DNA of 64,000 nucleotides from Hormiphora californensis (lineage: Eukaryota > Animalia > Ctenophora), in the NCBI GenBank assembly GCA_020137815.1, contig CM035361.1, positions 1,984,001 to 2,048,000 of the forward strand, in the 5' to 3' direction. Positions 1-14,405 of the stretch are shown one piece after another. Under the pieces are notes generated by a model. It saw only the letters and a program-made list of their open reading frames with translations. It did not search any database and was not told where the DNA came from. The position numbers and the translations under genes are program-made. Each line of letters begins with the position of its first letter. Position 1 is the stretch's first letter.

Positions 1-53
1 TTTAGTGGCAGGATTTTTTCCCCCGAGGATGCCACTAAATCGGGGTCCGACTG
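1..53. mobile_element. Terminal part of Tc1/mariner-type MITE (same family as 42067-42225)
   Basis: Ends tgccactaaatcggggtccgactg followed by TA, identical to the terminus of the complete copy at 42067-42225; cut by window start. Confidence 0.85.
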
Positions 54-222
54 TACAAACAAGTCATAATCCCTCTTTTCTTCCACTCTCAGGATGTAGA
101 ATCTCCTAAATCCTAATTAGACTCCTAAATCCTAACTAATCCCACTCTCAGAATGTACCAGTTGTTGTATCACTACCAGTTACATCTCCTAAATCCTAAT
201 TAATCCCTCTCTCAACTCTCAG

Positions 223-979
223 AATGTACCAGTTGTTGTACCACTACCAGTTACATCACCATTGTGAGGCCTTCCCTGGATCCGTAGTGGCTGCTCTGGC
301 CCACCAATGTGCCAGTATTTACGAATCTAAGGTATGAGAATACAGATGTAGACTTTTCTGTTACAGTTTTTAAACTTTTGAATAATCTAATGTGTGTAGC
401 TCTGCAATCAAAAACCCTATTATAATTCCCGTCCCTCGCAGATTCAATCTAATAATCATTTCTCTTTTTAGATTCCATCCCTGACCGTGGTGTTCCCATC
501 ATATTCCTATATCATCGAGATGGACCACCTGATCAGACTAACAGTTATCAAGATGGTCCTGGTGTTCTGTCCTGATGAGCTGCCCTGGGAGATGAAGAGC
601 AGTGAAGTGTGCTCCAGGTATTACCATATTTAGACATAACACCATATATGGGCATAACACCATATATGGGCATAATACCATATATATGCGGGTACATAAA
701 ACCAAAGAAAATTGTATACCTTGTTTAGGCATCATACCATCTCAACCCCATCTCAACAATTACAATTTAACCTTCATTTTCCATTTCAGAGTTCTCCAAG
801 AGATTCCCACATACTACGCCAGATTGGTGAAGTCACGTGCCCTTCGTGACATTATCCCTGCGGAGAGATCTACCACTCCAAATAACCGGTCCCTGCTTAT
901 GGAACAATCCCTCTTTTTCAACAACAACAACAACATCAGATGCCCTTCCCAACTAACGAACTTTCAACTGATGAAATAG
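223..979 (+). CDS. Uncharacterised protein, probably 5'-partial (3 exons visible)
   Basis: Exons 223-331, 472-617, 790-979 with AG/GT boundaries join in frame: MYQLLYHYQLHHHCEAFPGSVVAALAHQCASIYESK|IPSLTVVFPSYSYIIEMDHLIRLTVIKMVLVFCPDELPWEMKSSEVCS|RVLQEIPTYYARL...QLMK*. Family not recognised; 3' end uncertain. Confidence 0.6.
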
Positions 980-1551
980 ACAGTAAAGTTGGCCTTGTTG
1001 CCTCGACATCATCATCATCATCATCTTCATCATCATCATCATCATTATCTTCTTCGTTACCACATTCTTCAGAGGTATTCACGGAACACTGTGGCAGTCT
1101 GGTTCAGGAGATTGTGCAGATACTAAACACTCTCTCCGGGGTGAGGGGTAGAGTGAGTAAGAGCGAGGGTTATAGTATGGTATAGTGTGTACTACTTGTG
1201 TGGTGTTTTGATAAGGATGCATAATGTGTTGATAGCCATAATTTGAGGGTAAAAAGGGGAGTGGGTTTCACAGGGTGATATAACGATGTCGTATTATTGG
1301 TGATTTTTTCATAATACATAAAGTAAAACCGGGGTCGATTTGTTGTTTCACGAAACTAATTTTTTAACGTTTTTAACCATTGTAAACTCTTGAAAACAAC
1401 TTTATTTATTTTAAACTTGTTGTTTTTTTGTTTCCCAGAACACTTCCGATCCCCCAAACTTACCGGATTATCTAATCACCAATTATTAACCTCACTGTTC
1501 TAGTTAGTGTTACTAATCACACTGTTAATTATAGTTAGTGTTTGTTAAGTT

Positions 1552-4500
1552 ATGAACAAAGACGAATCAGACCGGTGTATAGCGATTGCGAGGCGTTGTA
1601 TTGACGCTGGGAACCTTGAAAAAGCTAGGAAGTTCCTCAACAAATCACTTACCCTACACGATAACGAACAAGCTAAGGGTAAGTTGTAGATAAATAATGC
1701 AACCTAAATTAGACCACAGGCTTGTGCTTTTCTCATGGTCATAGCTCCAATCCCTGATTGAAGTTCAACCGATCAACCCCGATTTATCCGCCAGATTGAA
1801 GAGTGGGAGAGAGAGTCTTCAATGAAGACCAATATCATGAATATCACACCCTTTTCCCAGGTCTCCTCGCGAAGTTATCAGAACCCTGTAACTCCAGTTC
1901 GAATGGCCCTAGCAGCAGCAGTAATGGTCCCAGTACCCCGACCACGTCATCAGATAGTGTTCCTAACGGGGGAGGGACGAGAAGGAGAAAACAGGAGGAC
2001 ACTGGGGGAGATAAGGGGAAGGAAGTGACGTCAGAAATGAGGGAGGCCGTCGGAAAGTGAGTGCTTGAGATTTTGGGGTTCATTTTATCTTTTGTAATAT
2101 AGTCGAATTTTTTAATCAAGGGACAGGGGCCGCGCATTTACAAAAGTCTTTTTGCGTGTGCTAAACGTTTTCGCTCATATCTCCCGTTCCTGATAAGATA
2201 AAGACTTGATCTTGGTTGCGTTGAAAAGGTCTTAAAATTATCTTTCCAACGCTTCCAAGTTCAAGTCTTAAGATTGCCAGGAACTTGATATCGATTATCA
2301 CGCGCAAATACAAAGCCGCGCGAACCCTCTGAATGCGCGGCCCCCTGTCCCTTGATTAAAAAATTCGACTTTAGCTGAAAGTTAACAATTTAGAAAATTG
2401 TTGTTTCGGTTTTGGGATCTAGGGAAATAGGAAAAAGAGGATTGAGTAGTTGTTTGTTATTTTACCAAATGATCTCATTCTGCAGGGTAAAAGGAAAGAA
2501 AGATTACTACGAAATATTGGGATCCACAAAAACAGCAACAGATAGTGAACTAAAGAAAGCTTATAGGAAACTAGCTCTTGCCCTTCATCCTGATAAGAAT
2601 TGTGCGCCTGGTGCTAATGAGGCATTTAAAGGTAATAATTGTACTTGATCTACCGACCCCTCACAGAGCACACTGAAATAAAATGCGGTGTGAGCCATAC
2701 AAGTTTGTACTTCTTAAAGTCATCCCATTATCATCGTGATTATTGAGTACCAAATCACCAAACATGGTCACATTAATTCGGAAGTCTTTCAGAGAGTTTT
2801 ACTGATTGTTCCCCTCTTTATCAGCGGTGGGTAATGCCTATGCAGTGTTATCTAACGAGGACAAGAGAGCAGCATATGATAGGTACGGCCCGGATGAGGA
2901 CAGTGGGGGGAGTGGGCATCACTATCATAGTAGCGGAGGGGGACGGAGACATCGGTATCACCATGAAGAAGGTGAGAGAGAATGAGATACTTTTGATACT
3001 TTCAAGAAGTTTTCCATTTATCAGAGCGTCATCCGTTCGTCGAACCACCATGGTAGAAAGAGGGAGAGGGGAGAGAGAGTTGACAACTTTTGTATAAAAC
3101 ATTAGCGTGATCTTTATTAGAAGACATATCTAACATGTTGACGTTGTATTTAACACGACTGTTCCTCTCCCCAGATATATCACCAGAGGATCTATTTAAC
3201 ATGTTCTTTGGTGGAATGCAGCCTAGTTATCGGGGAGGTCGAGGGGGTGGACGGCAGTTTTATTATCGAGATCAACGGACAGGCGGCACTTCGCAAAACA
3301 ACGAAACTGCTAATGTAAGTTGACACGGTTATCGATAAGTTCAATCTTTGGATGTAGTACTGTAACAGTGCTGCTTGTAGTCGTATTACCGTAATGGAAA
3401 TACAGTAATGAGACACGTACGTTGCATAACGCGCAGCAAAACGTGCATGTGTTCAGCACGTACTAGCACCCTGATTGGCCACGGTTGCGCGTCGTCTTAC
3501 TGTATCTCCGTTTTCCATTACCGTTTTCCCACTACAAGCGACCGTGTAACAGATGTGTTGAATTCATCACAAATCTAGTTATCTAATTAGCCGATAATCT
3601 AATTAGCTAATTACACCTTTATTCCAGCTCTAATCTAGTTATCTAATTAGCTAATTACTCCTTCAGTTGTTATCCTCACTGATCCAGATGTCCCCGTTAA
3701 TCCTCCTTATCGTTATGTCAATGCTCAGCTCATTTTTTAGTGAAGAACCACCCTACAACTTCCAAAGAAATGGGTGAGAAGGAATGGGGTTTTGTAATAT
3801 CCCGGGTTATGGGGAGGAAGGGCAGAGCAAGGGATGGGAGTATAATTTTTTCCCTGCCCGGGTGAATGCCGAAGGCATTCACCCGGATGCCTTTTTACTT
3901 TGTAAAAAGGCATAGCAGGGTTAGAATTCGAAAACGACATTTTGGTATACTAACTAATCGGTAGAGGGACACTTTCGTTGCGAGGGGCAACCTCGCGGTG
4001 CGCGCGATCTGACACTTGCGGAGTAAAATGCATGCGCGCAAACAATTGAAATTTAATGAGGGGCACACGGCTATAAACTGTAACGCGCGGCAAAATTTGT
4101 TTTATATCGGCCGCACGTTTTGATTGGGGAAAATGGAGAAATTGAAAAATCTGTTCTGCGTTTTGTTCAAAAATTCGAAAAACACAAATCCCCATTTTGC
4201 GGACAGCTTACTCGTTGGGCGAGTTGAATGGCAAATCGAAGAGGGCAGGGAAACGTAGCATTATGGATACATAATGCAAATAATTCTTGTTCATGTTCAT
4301 GTTATGGGCTGAGGGAGGGGAAACGGATTTTTACTTGAGTTTACCAACTGACGGACCCCTTTATCTTTAATTTATATTATTACTAAAAGCTAACCCGTAT
4401 CTTTGTCTCAGTAACTATAAAGTGGAGCGGCACACATCGTGGAATGATATCAAATATTACGTTACTGTAAGTGCAACGTTCTGTATTCTGTATTTAGTTT

Positions 4501-5928
4501 GTGTGTAGGGGTCACCACACACCAAAGTTAAAATTAAAATTAAAATTTGACGTTTTTGGTCATAACTCTCCCATTTCTTGGCAAAATTGCTTCATTTTGT
4601 GCTTTTTGGAAAGAGGGCATCGAGCCCGTTCTAAAGAGCTCAAGAAACTTAAAATCGGCGCAAAGTGCGCGGCGTTAAGGCGCATAATGCGCGTGTTAAA
4701 ATTTTAAAATTTTTTAACTTTGGTGTGTGGTGACCCTAGAGTGTTTAGTTAATGCTTAAACTATTGAAAGTCAACATAAGATTAAACGATCCTACTACTA
4801 AAAATACTACAGTCGGACGGACCCCGATTTAACGGTACCCTCGGGGGAAAGGGTTTTGTCCGTTAAATCGGGGTGTCCGCTAAATCGGGGTCAAAAACTG
4901 TTAATTTCCTATATCGGGGGGAAGATTATAACCTTGTTCCTTTTTTCAGAGTGATTTTACCAATAAGTACTCGGAACAAAAGATACTACACTTTGATTAT
5001 GATATTGAACGAGAATACAGGAACGACTTACAGATAAAGTGTATAAACAACAGCCGAAGAAGTAAGTGGTTCACCATCCCATTTTCCTATTTTTAGTGTC
5101 TCTGATCATTTCTATTCGTGATATGGTATTGTGCTGCTGAAGCTGTAGCCTTGCTGAGCCGTGACGGGTAGCAACCAGCTGTACACCTTTTTGTATTCTC
5201 GTCATATTTTACACTTCTCTCATCCCCATTCTTCTCTCTCTTCAACCAGCCGTCTTCTCTCGGTGTAGCGTTGCGCGCAAAACAAAGTAGCGCGCGCTGC
5301 CCTTCTTAAGACAAAAGTACACCATTTCAGCATTTAGCTTTCCTCCTTCCCTATGCGCGTTACTACTGAAATGTACACACACGACGTACATCCACTCATA
5401 TCGAGATTTTGTGTAAAGTCTGCATACCCATTTCCGTTATTATTAGCCTGGATTTTTACACACACGCTCCTCTCCTGTATTATTTGGTAGTTTACCAAAT
5501 AATATAGTTTGGGAAGAGCTGTGTCGCGAGACATGTCATCTGAGCTCTAGGAGCATGAATCACACTAAATTCATGAAAAGACTGGGAACATTTCGGGCAT
5601 GTTGAAGCATGGAGCGTGACTGTTCCCAATGAAGCATGAAGCATCTCTGCAGCAGCTGTGTATTCAACTTCGAAGAATCTGATTTTCAGCGTGACTACAT
5701 TTTCAGTGTTTTGTATGGATTCGTGTTTAAATGTTTTAACTGTTACGTGCTTTCACTTTTAAATAACTTTCAATATTTCATAATCCAATATTTTCAGAGG
5801 AGCAATTGATGTACCAGTTTAGGGTGACGGGAAACAGCAGATACAAAGATTACGCCGAGGCTATGGATTTAGCGCCATGTAACGATTATCGAAGTTTTAA
5901 ACTCCCAAAAACACTAAATCGGCCATAA
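1552..5928 (+). CDS. DNAJB12: DnaJ homolog subfamily B member 12/14 (ER-membrane J-protein), ~386 aa
   Basis: 9 phase-consistent exons: 1552-1678, 1861-2056, 2486-2631, 2825-2971, 3175-3314, 3667-3773, 4412-4466, 4950-5061, 5798-5928. N-term [25 protein letters not shown]; J-domain DYYEILG...[13 protein letters not shown]...[18 protein letters not shown]; [13 protein letters not shown]; TM helix [20 protein letters not shown]; DUF1977-type luminal tail. DNAJB12 vs DNAJB14 not resolvable. Confidence 0.95.
2101..2370. mobile_element. MITE in DNAJB12 intron 2
   Basis: ~38-bp terminal inverted repeats agtcgaattttttaatcaagggacaggggccgcgcatt / aatgcgcggccccctgtcccttgattaaaaaattcgact; non-coding interior; superfamily uncertain. 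Confidence 0.85.
3369..3544. mobile_element. Probable MITE in DNAJB12 intron 5
   Basis: Imperfect inverted arms (gcttgtagt..gtaatggaaa..tacagtaa / ttactgta..tttccattac..actacaagc); flanking direct repeat tgtaacag at 3361-3368 and 3545-3552. Confidence 0.55.
4509..4736. mobile_element. PIF/Harbinger-type (Tourist-like) MITE
   Basis: TIR gggtcaccacacaccaaagttaaaa / ttttaactttggtgtgtggtgaccc; 3-bp TSD TAG (4506-4508, 4737-4739); same TIRs as 41585-41861. Confidence 0.9.
4810..4925. mobile_element. Truncated Tc1/mariner-type MITE (family of 42067-42225)
   Basis: Starts ta|cagtcggac..ggaccccgattt, shares ctcgggggaaagggttttgtcc and taaatcgggg subrepeats; right TIR missing. Confidence 0.75.
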
Positions 5929-6922
5929 AAACTGACACTTCTGCTTTATTTATGAAAAAGATTAAGATTCATAATGTTTTGGAAGAATTTCAAGCGGGTG
6001 TTCTGATTCCAGCTACTGTTTTCTTGTGTAAAAAGTTTACGGGTGTGTGTGTACGAGTACGTTTGTGTGTATGTTTGTGTGTTTGTATGCGTGTGAGAGA
6101 GAAGGAGAGATATTTAGCACAAATTATGAGCGTGTAAGCTGGTGTGAAAGATCAAAATTAACTGGACCCTAATGAAACTGTCCCTGCATCATATTTCTGT
6201 ATGTGGGTATTGTGCTTTTTTTCTGAGAATTGTGTTTCTTGGTATGATGAAGAATATATATCATGAGAGTGTGTGGAATATTATATACAGTTGTAAATTT
6301 TACAAATCGAGTTTCCCCTCCCCCAAATAAATGCTGTTCTGGTCTCTCGACTCTCCTGTTTCCGGTTTAATACGTAGTTTGTTCACGGAAAACGCTTTCC
6401 CTGGTAAACGTCATTTTAATAGGAAGCTCTCTTGGGCGGAATTCTTTGTTTATCGGCACCCAGAGATGTGGTTGGCACAATTTAAACAACGTCTTTAAAA
6501 GTAGTGTACAAAACATTGTATTATAACAAAATATGGAAAACGGTAGAAATAATTCTTATAATACATTCGACGTTCTCAGATTTTCTTTTTTCTAATTTTT
6601 ACATCCATAAGGCTACTGCACTAGTTCTCTCATGTTTTACAGAACCAACCCATATTTATACTAAAGTTGGCCATTGAAATTTTAACTTGTAGAATCCCTT
6701 TCCTACTCGGAGTTGAGAGTTGAACTGAATACATCCAGTATTTCCTCTAACTTCCCATGCCATTGGACAGCTCTATTAGAACTTATAATCTTAGTAACTA
6801 CGTCATCATCATTCATCAACATCATCATATTCACACGTCATCATCACACTTCATCATCAACACTTCATCGAAATACTTCATCGTCATCATCATCATCATC
6901 AATAAAACACTATCTCACTATC

Positions 6923-8806
6923 TCAGTTCTCCTCTACTTTTAGGTCATCTAACTGTTCCTCTAGGTCAGCCACATCGGCACTCTCCAATCCAGCCACTGT
7001 ATCTGCCTCTCTGTCCTCGTCAAAGTACTCGCTCCCACTCTCAGCTCCTCCCATTCCCTCCAGATATGGCTCACACTCAGTATGCCAGAAGATCCCATCC
7101 TGGGTGAAGATCTCTTGGCCTTCTGTGAATGCTGCCTTGCATACGTGACATCGGAGACAGGCGTTGTGGTAACTCACTCCCCCCGCTTGGAGCACTCGTC
7201 CCACGATAAACTCGTTACAGATTTTACACTTTTGGCCGTAGAGGTTCAGGTAGTCTTTTTCGCAGTAGGGGTTTCCGTCTTTCACCATGTATTCTCCAGT
7301 AAGGGGCGCCTGGGAGGATCATGTTTTAATTGGGTGGGTTCTCTCAATAGAGATCACGTGTGGGTTCTCTGAATAAATCATGTGCAGTTTACATTGCAAA
7401 GAAGGGCTGGTCTGGCGTAAACCAGACGAGCTGCTAAATCGAAATCTTACAATGTTCCTACAAATTCTTACTTATTACTGGAGGTTTACTTCACCTCTAG
7501 GCTGAGGTACAACAAATTCTTAATACCTTGCAGTTGAAACAAGCGAAGCACTCCACATGCCAATCAAACTCCATAGCAACAACTGACCGCCCAGTAATCT
7601 CCTTCTGGCATCCCTTACAGGTGGTCCGTGTAGCGTTCACTGATTTGTTCCGGCATGTCTCACAGATCGGTCGACCCTCCTCGAATAACACTCTCGAGCC
7701 ACTACTGAAGTTTCCTGGATGGGATATTTGGCATAAAATGAAATGTTGGATTCATATCAGGTGTATCACCGACAAAATTCTGGATAAAATTTCTTCGTTG
7801 TTAGAAAAAGGGATGGAAGCCCTGTAATGCTTGCGAACAATATAACACATGACGTTATATGTAACTCAATTGTGATACATTTTTGCTTAACCTCAAAATT
7901 ATTTTCGTTGTTTATATGAATTTCAGATGGCCATATTGCCGCTAAAATTAGCTCTCTTCAGGTCTTGTTAGCTCCAACATAGCCTCAACATATATGTTCA
8001 TTTGATTATAGGAATGTCAGAATCGGCCAATAGTTTCGTTACATGTGGTATTTATAGAAAGGGCTGTTAGAGCTGCATGTGTCTTCCCCTCCTAAAAGTA
8101 GCCCTGGCTCAACAAAGAAAAAATTTTTACGATACGGGGGCATAGAAACAGGGTCGAACAAGACAAGAAGCTACATATATCCAGGAAAAAAATACTGTAT
8201 CTCACCGTGACAAACGGAGCACTTGAAGCAGGATGTATGGTAGCTTCGACCCTGAACTGTGAATCCTTCTCCTTCGATAAAGTTGCTGCACATCACACAC
8301 CGTGTCCCGAACAGTTCGTGGTAGTCCTCCGAGCAGTAGTAGTTGGATCCACGGGCGAAAAACCCTGCTGCCGCGAGTGGCGACTGAACGGGATTTATTT
8401 TGAGACTAATGACTTTTTGAAAGAAAGGTGTTCTATAAGTCATCGGCCCGATGTCATCAGGAGTTTAAAAAACGACTTAAAAAAGAACTGAAAGACCGAT
8501 GTCTTTCGTGAATATTTGTTGTCTCTCACCTCACATTTAGCACACTTGAAACAATCGACATGGAAATGATCCGACTCTCCAACTCTGATAACCTCGCCCA
8601 CCAACTTCTCGTTACACCCTGAAGCAATGAAAATACACTTGTTAGTTCATCAGGTTGATAAAATCAATGAACGCATTTGTTAATTCACCAGGTTGATGAA
8701 ATTGAAAAGATTCATTCTTAAATCTTAACTTGACAAAGTTTATTTGTTCATCGTATCATTTTAAAGATCTCTTACCTGCACAGAGGGCATTAGCAAGGTC
8801 TACCAT
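6923..8806 (-). CDS. abLIM/UNC-115-like protein with four LIM domains and acidic tail, no villin headpiece, ~290 aa
   Basis: Exons 8806-8776, 8618-8530, 8383-8206, 7714-7527, 7309-6923 in phase. LIM motifs CAGC..HVDCFKCAKC; CVMC..HTSCFKCSVC; CKGC..HVECFACFNC; CKIC..HNACLRCHVC..WHTEC. The segment LTGEYMVKDGNPYCEKDY...FIVGRVLQAGG.SYH..C..C..C...FTEGQE....G..WH.EC is abLIM-like. Confidence 0.9.
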
Positions 8807-9354
8807 TTTACATTAGCGGTTTTAGTAGTTGAGGGGGTTTCTCTCCCTCAGCTACCGTTCAAGCGTGGCACGTGGGTCGGAACACTCGCTAAAATTGATG
8901 GAAATTAAATAAGTAAAAGATTGCGAACATTAGTAAGTATTATGAATAATCCAATTTACCAGAAGAAATTCTAAAAATGAAAAACGAATTAGAAGATCCA
9001 GAATAGGAAGTACTGTTCATAGCAACAAGTGGTACAACAGCCGGTGCGACGTCCAAAAACGGAAACTATAAACAAGCAGACAAGCTGCCAAAACTAATCA
9101 AGCCAATTATCAATAGGAGATGAAGGGAACACATGTTATAATGAAGTTATAATGAACTAACCGTCAAATAGGAATACGTTTATAGATTTTTGTTCCGAAA
9201 ATTAGATCTTACATTTTCAACGAAAAAAATCGGCCAAGCTGTGAAAATTCATCATTTTAGCGCTATAAGAAAAATACACAGCTTTGTGTAATAGAAAATA
9301 AAAAAGGATACTGGCTATGTGTTCACTGTGCTGGCGTTATTGAAACCGGAAAGG

Positions 9355-9525
<171 letters not shown>

Positions 9526-9921
9526 CACACCTCCAATGGTCAATACGAAAAATGCACCATTACCTCTCACACAATTAACAGCAAATGTACACCATCAATG
9601 CATTTCAACTGTGATCGAATAGTAACTAAATTTCTTCAAAGTAGGTATACTCTTGTAAATCTCGTAAAAGTATTTGCTAAACGACAATCAATTATTCCTT
9701 ATAAAGCAAAAAAACCCTTCAACAGAATTGAAAAGAACGTCATTCAGATAATTCAGAGCTACTTCGATAAACCAGAGAATGATAGACCGTCTGGACAGCT
9801 CCATGATAGACGGTGACAAAAATGCAGTTGTGACGCAAATCGCGATAAAGAGAGAACTGGGAAGATGACACTATAGTTAGAGATGAACTTTGTACTTTTG
9901 TAGAAGTGAGAGATGGGGAGA

Positions 9922-9961
<40 letters not shown>

Positions 9962-11259
9962 TAGAGATGTAGAGAGAGAGAACAATCGAGTGAGGTTATA
10001 AGAGATGAGGTACCTGTCAACGCCAGCCACACGAAGCACTTACACGCACACACTGGACTCTCCTCCCTTGCTCTTATAAATCTCATGTCCACACTTATGA
10101 CTCTCACACTATCTCATCCACCACTCTCTTAGATCTCCCTATCTAGATAGAGATATATCTCTATATCCCTCCTTCTCTCTGCCTAATATCTATCTTCCTC
10201 CCTCTCTTTCGCTCTCACACTCGTCGCTCCCTTTTACTCCAAAGAGCCTGGCCCATGGGCCTTGTATATGTACATATCACTCAAGAATTCATGAACCCTT
10301 TGTCATCATATGCTAACACACACATATTATATGCTTTCCTCTCGCAGCTATATCACGATCTTCAAGATTCTATCCCTCTCTATCTCAATAATTGTTGACC
10401 TTTCAATGTTGACTTAAACAAGTAGTCGTATGAGGTCTGTGCCACTCCAGAATACGTCACATGAGGTTCGGATGCGGTAGTCAACACATTGACACGAGTA
10501 CCGTGTAGATCAGAAAGGCTAGCAAAACGTTATATAGGAACAGAACCAAAATATGTACACTCTCAAATTGGGAAACAAAAGAATTAGCCAAACCCTTGAA
10601 TGTGAGTTGGGCCCTTATTATCTGCCCTCACATTATAACACTGGTAGTTTAAGTGAAAACTAAATTGGTCTCCCTCTTAAAGAAAGTTGGCAGTGTCTAA
10701 ATAGCCGCCAAAAGTAGGTACATTTTACGAGCCTAATTAATAGAAAGCATGCGCTATATATGCGAGGTTTAATTTTCCGCATAAATTATGTCCTATTACG
10801 GGAGATTCTAAAATAACTTTGAACAAAAACCGGAACCGAATAGCAGAATAATGGAACTCGTAGTTTTTAGGCTTATGGAAATGTCAAAATCAAGTTCATT
10901 GATTATCGTCGTATCATCAGCTAATATATCAGATGTCTTGTTTGAAAAAAGGCTAGATTATCATGGTTTTACACAACAAATGGGCCACAACATGGCGATA
11001 TAGGGCGATAATTTGAGACATACGGTGGTGTGTTACTGCTTGTAGTGAGGAATGTGTTGTGTGGTTAACAAATATAGCTGTTTTCTATTTTCTCAATACC
11101 TCCCTACTATAATTATAGCTGCTGCACTCATGGCCTCTTTTTCCGTCCATACCTTTTCTTCCATAGTTTCCAATATTCTCACCAGTTCTACCTTTTCTCA
11201 CTAACTGCAACACTTCAATTTTCCAACACATAACAACGGGCTATTCACAATTCCGAAAA

Positions 11260-11324
<65 letters not shown>

Positions 11325-11333
11325 TCTCTCTCA

Positions 11334-11380
<47 letters not shown>

Positions 11381-11525
11381 ACTTAAGTTTGTCACATCGA
11401 CACATCACTATCATCACCGATTTATATTGAAACACCAGTAGGACAACACGCACTAATACACTGATTAGCTAGCGGAAATATTACATACATTCATGTTGTC
11501 GCGACGTGGCCATTGTGCACTTGTA

Positions 11526-11621
<96 letters not shown>

Positions 11622-11666
11622 TTCCCTCTCTTTCTCTCTCAAGTTATCTCTCCATCTCTCTCTCTT

Positions 11667-11728
<62 letters not shown>

Positions 11729-11760
11729 TCTCTATCTCTATCTCTCTCTTTCTCTCTCAA
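11260..11760. repeat. Two (CT)n microsatellite tracts
   Basis: CT runs at ~11260-11380 and ~11530-11760. Confidence 0.95.
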
Positions 11761-14127
11761 GTTATATCTCTCCTCATCTTCAAATGACCGTACCAGGTTT
11801 CCACTTTCCATGCATGGAATTTACAAAATAACTTTTACAGTTCGTCATTATGTAGTTGCATTAGACTGAAAGCCAGAAAAACGGTCTGGTTTAGGGTTTG
11901 GACAATGAAAATTAATATGCGATGACATAGAGGTCTGATGGCCAGCAATCCTATTCGTGGAATATCAAATATCAATTACTCAACTAGAGCAGGAAGTTTA
12001 GCCTATAAAATTCGGATTTTGTTTTTATCGGAATCTCAAAAACACAAAAAAGGTAGGCCAAAGTTTTCAATCGCCAGTCAATTCAATACAATTACACCGA
12101 AAGTCGTTGGTGTTACTGAACAAGATAACCAACATCAAATGGTGGGCTCTATCTACGAAGCATCCTTCTACCTAGCTGGACACTGTCAGAGAATTGGCCT
12201 GACCCTATTCTCATAGGAACTGTGGTCAGAGCATTGGCCTGGCAAGTTGAGCAAGTACTCAACAACTATTACTACATACTTATATAATGTTAAGTCAGCT
12301 ACAATTATAGTACCATATTACAATATATCCATCAATCCGGCCTGCCTCACGCACAATATAATAACTATTCATAATTATTATATGATGGTACACATCTCTC
12401 TCTTGTTCCAAATTCTCCTTTGAAACTCCTCTTACCGCTCTCATCACTATGATAATTATTATCGGTATATATTGAACATATATTGAATATTGATCATTTG
12501 CATTTCAAAGTTCCCACAGCCCTTCAGCTCTTCAGCTCTCCCTAATGAACATCTACTTCAACCAGTTCATTGCAATACTGTATATATTGCAGTGAATTAA
12601 ATAGAAAAAGAAATAATTGTGCAAGAAGTAAAATTCAAAAGAGAGAGATAACTATGTCAGTAAAAAAGAGGAATGTTATATTCACATAATATGAAGGGAT
12701 AATATAATATTGAGAAATTTGCGGATGTGCCATATGCACATATTATTATTACACAACTCTCTCCCTCGATCCTCCTGGAGGAAGATTCCTTCTGGTCATC
12801 GAGAATTCTACCAGGCTGCGGTTCAATGATCATTCTTAGCTTACAAATTGAAAGTTCTTAGGAACATAATTATTGGTTCGCTTGTTGTACTAGCGGATAA
12901 AAAGGGTAAGCATGAATGGACGATGCGACCATGTGGGCATGTGCGTGCGGACATGTATATAGAGCACAAGTCCAGCTGCATTATAGTAGAAGCTGCTACG
13001 GACCGAACGGCGAACAAACGAAGGAAGAAAGAGAGAGACTCTGGACAAACGGGAAGAAAGAGAGAGAGAGAGAGACTGGTGGTAAAATAATTTCTATAAA
13101 AAATACCACGTGACAGGGAGCTAGTGATAAGGGATATTTTGATTGGTCAAAATGGAGGTCACGTGACTCTGCACACTGTCACTACTAATTTCCCGTAACG
13201 AAGTTTAAAGGGAGAATGAAAGGGAGAGAGTGTGTGAGAGAAATAAAATGTGTATGTATTCTGGTCTGTAAGGACTGTCCCTATAGTATATATAATATAT
13301 ATATAATAAGTACCTAAAATTATCCTACAAAAAGAGAGACTATTAGAGAATGAAGGAAAGAGGAATAGTTGAACGAACCCTCCGCTGAATATAAGAAGAA
13401 GCATTTCTGAAGCATTCGGCGGAGGAATAAATTAGAGGAGCATTTGTTGAAGCTGCAAACTCCTCGCAGGAGAGAAAGAGAGCTATGCCAAAACACTAAA
13501 ACAGCGTAATTGTGGCTTGCAAAAACATGGCAACTGGAACAGTTCAGTATTCTCAAATCAAAAAGGCTGAAATGAAAAAAAATACTCAACGGACATTTCA
13601 CTTTTAGGAGAAAAAAATGCCGAAATGAGTCCTTGATAAAATGAACTTGCACTACGACGACAATGAGGTATCAGGAATAATATGTCGACAACTTAGCACT
13701 TTACTAATTCTTCGCTCTCCCTCTATCTTTCTCTCTCAGCTCTATATCTCTTTTTGCTGCAAAGTGCACTTGTGCAGGTTTCTCAAGTGCATTCCTTTGA
13801 CATTTTCCTTAACCCTGTACTATAGGGCAATCCTGAATATTACCAATCAATAAATATCACGAATGTCTGTAGCACGAGTAAGTAAGTAAGGGGTGACTCA
13901 ACGAGTATAATAATAGTATGGTCCCCTATTATAAAAGTGACGTTACACTAGCCAATATTATATTAACATCTCTGTTATTTTCTTACTTAAATTATATTTA
14001 CTCTGTCATGGTTTTATAATTTCAAATGTTATGACCTTTCGGAAAGGAATTGTGACCGAGAAATATTTTTACCACTTTCTGGCAAGTTCCAAATACAAGT
14101 TTCCCTCTCGGCCCTTTCTCTTGCTAT

Positions 14128-14405
<278 letters not shown>

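Noticed and set aside
940-1185. Ser-rich ORF as continuation of the first gene
   Set aside because: Different frame from the spliced ORF, in-frame stop upstream and no clear intron to link them; may be 3'UTR or hide an indel error.
3849-4253. Possible element bounded by tttccctgccc / gggcagggaaa
   Set aside because: Only an 11-bp inverted match, no TSD and no second copy in the window.
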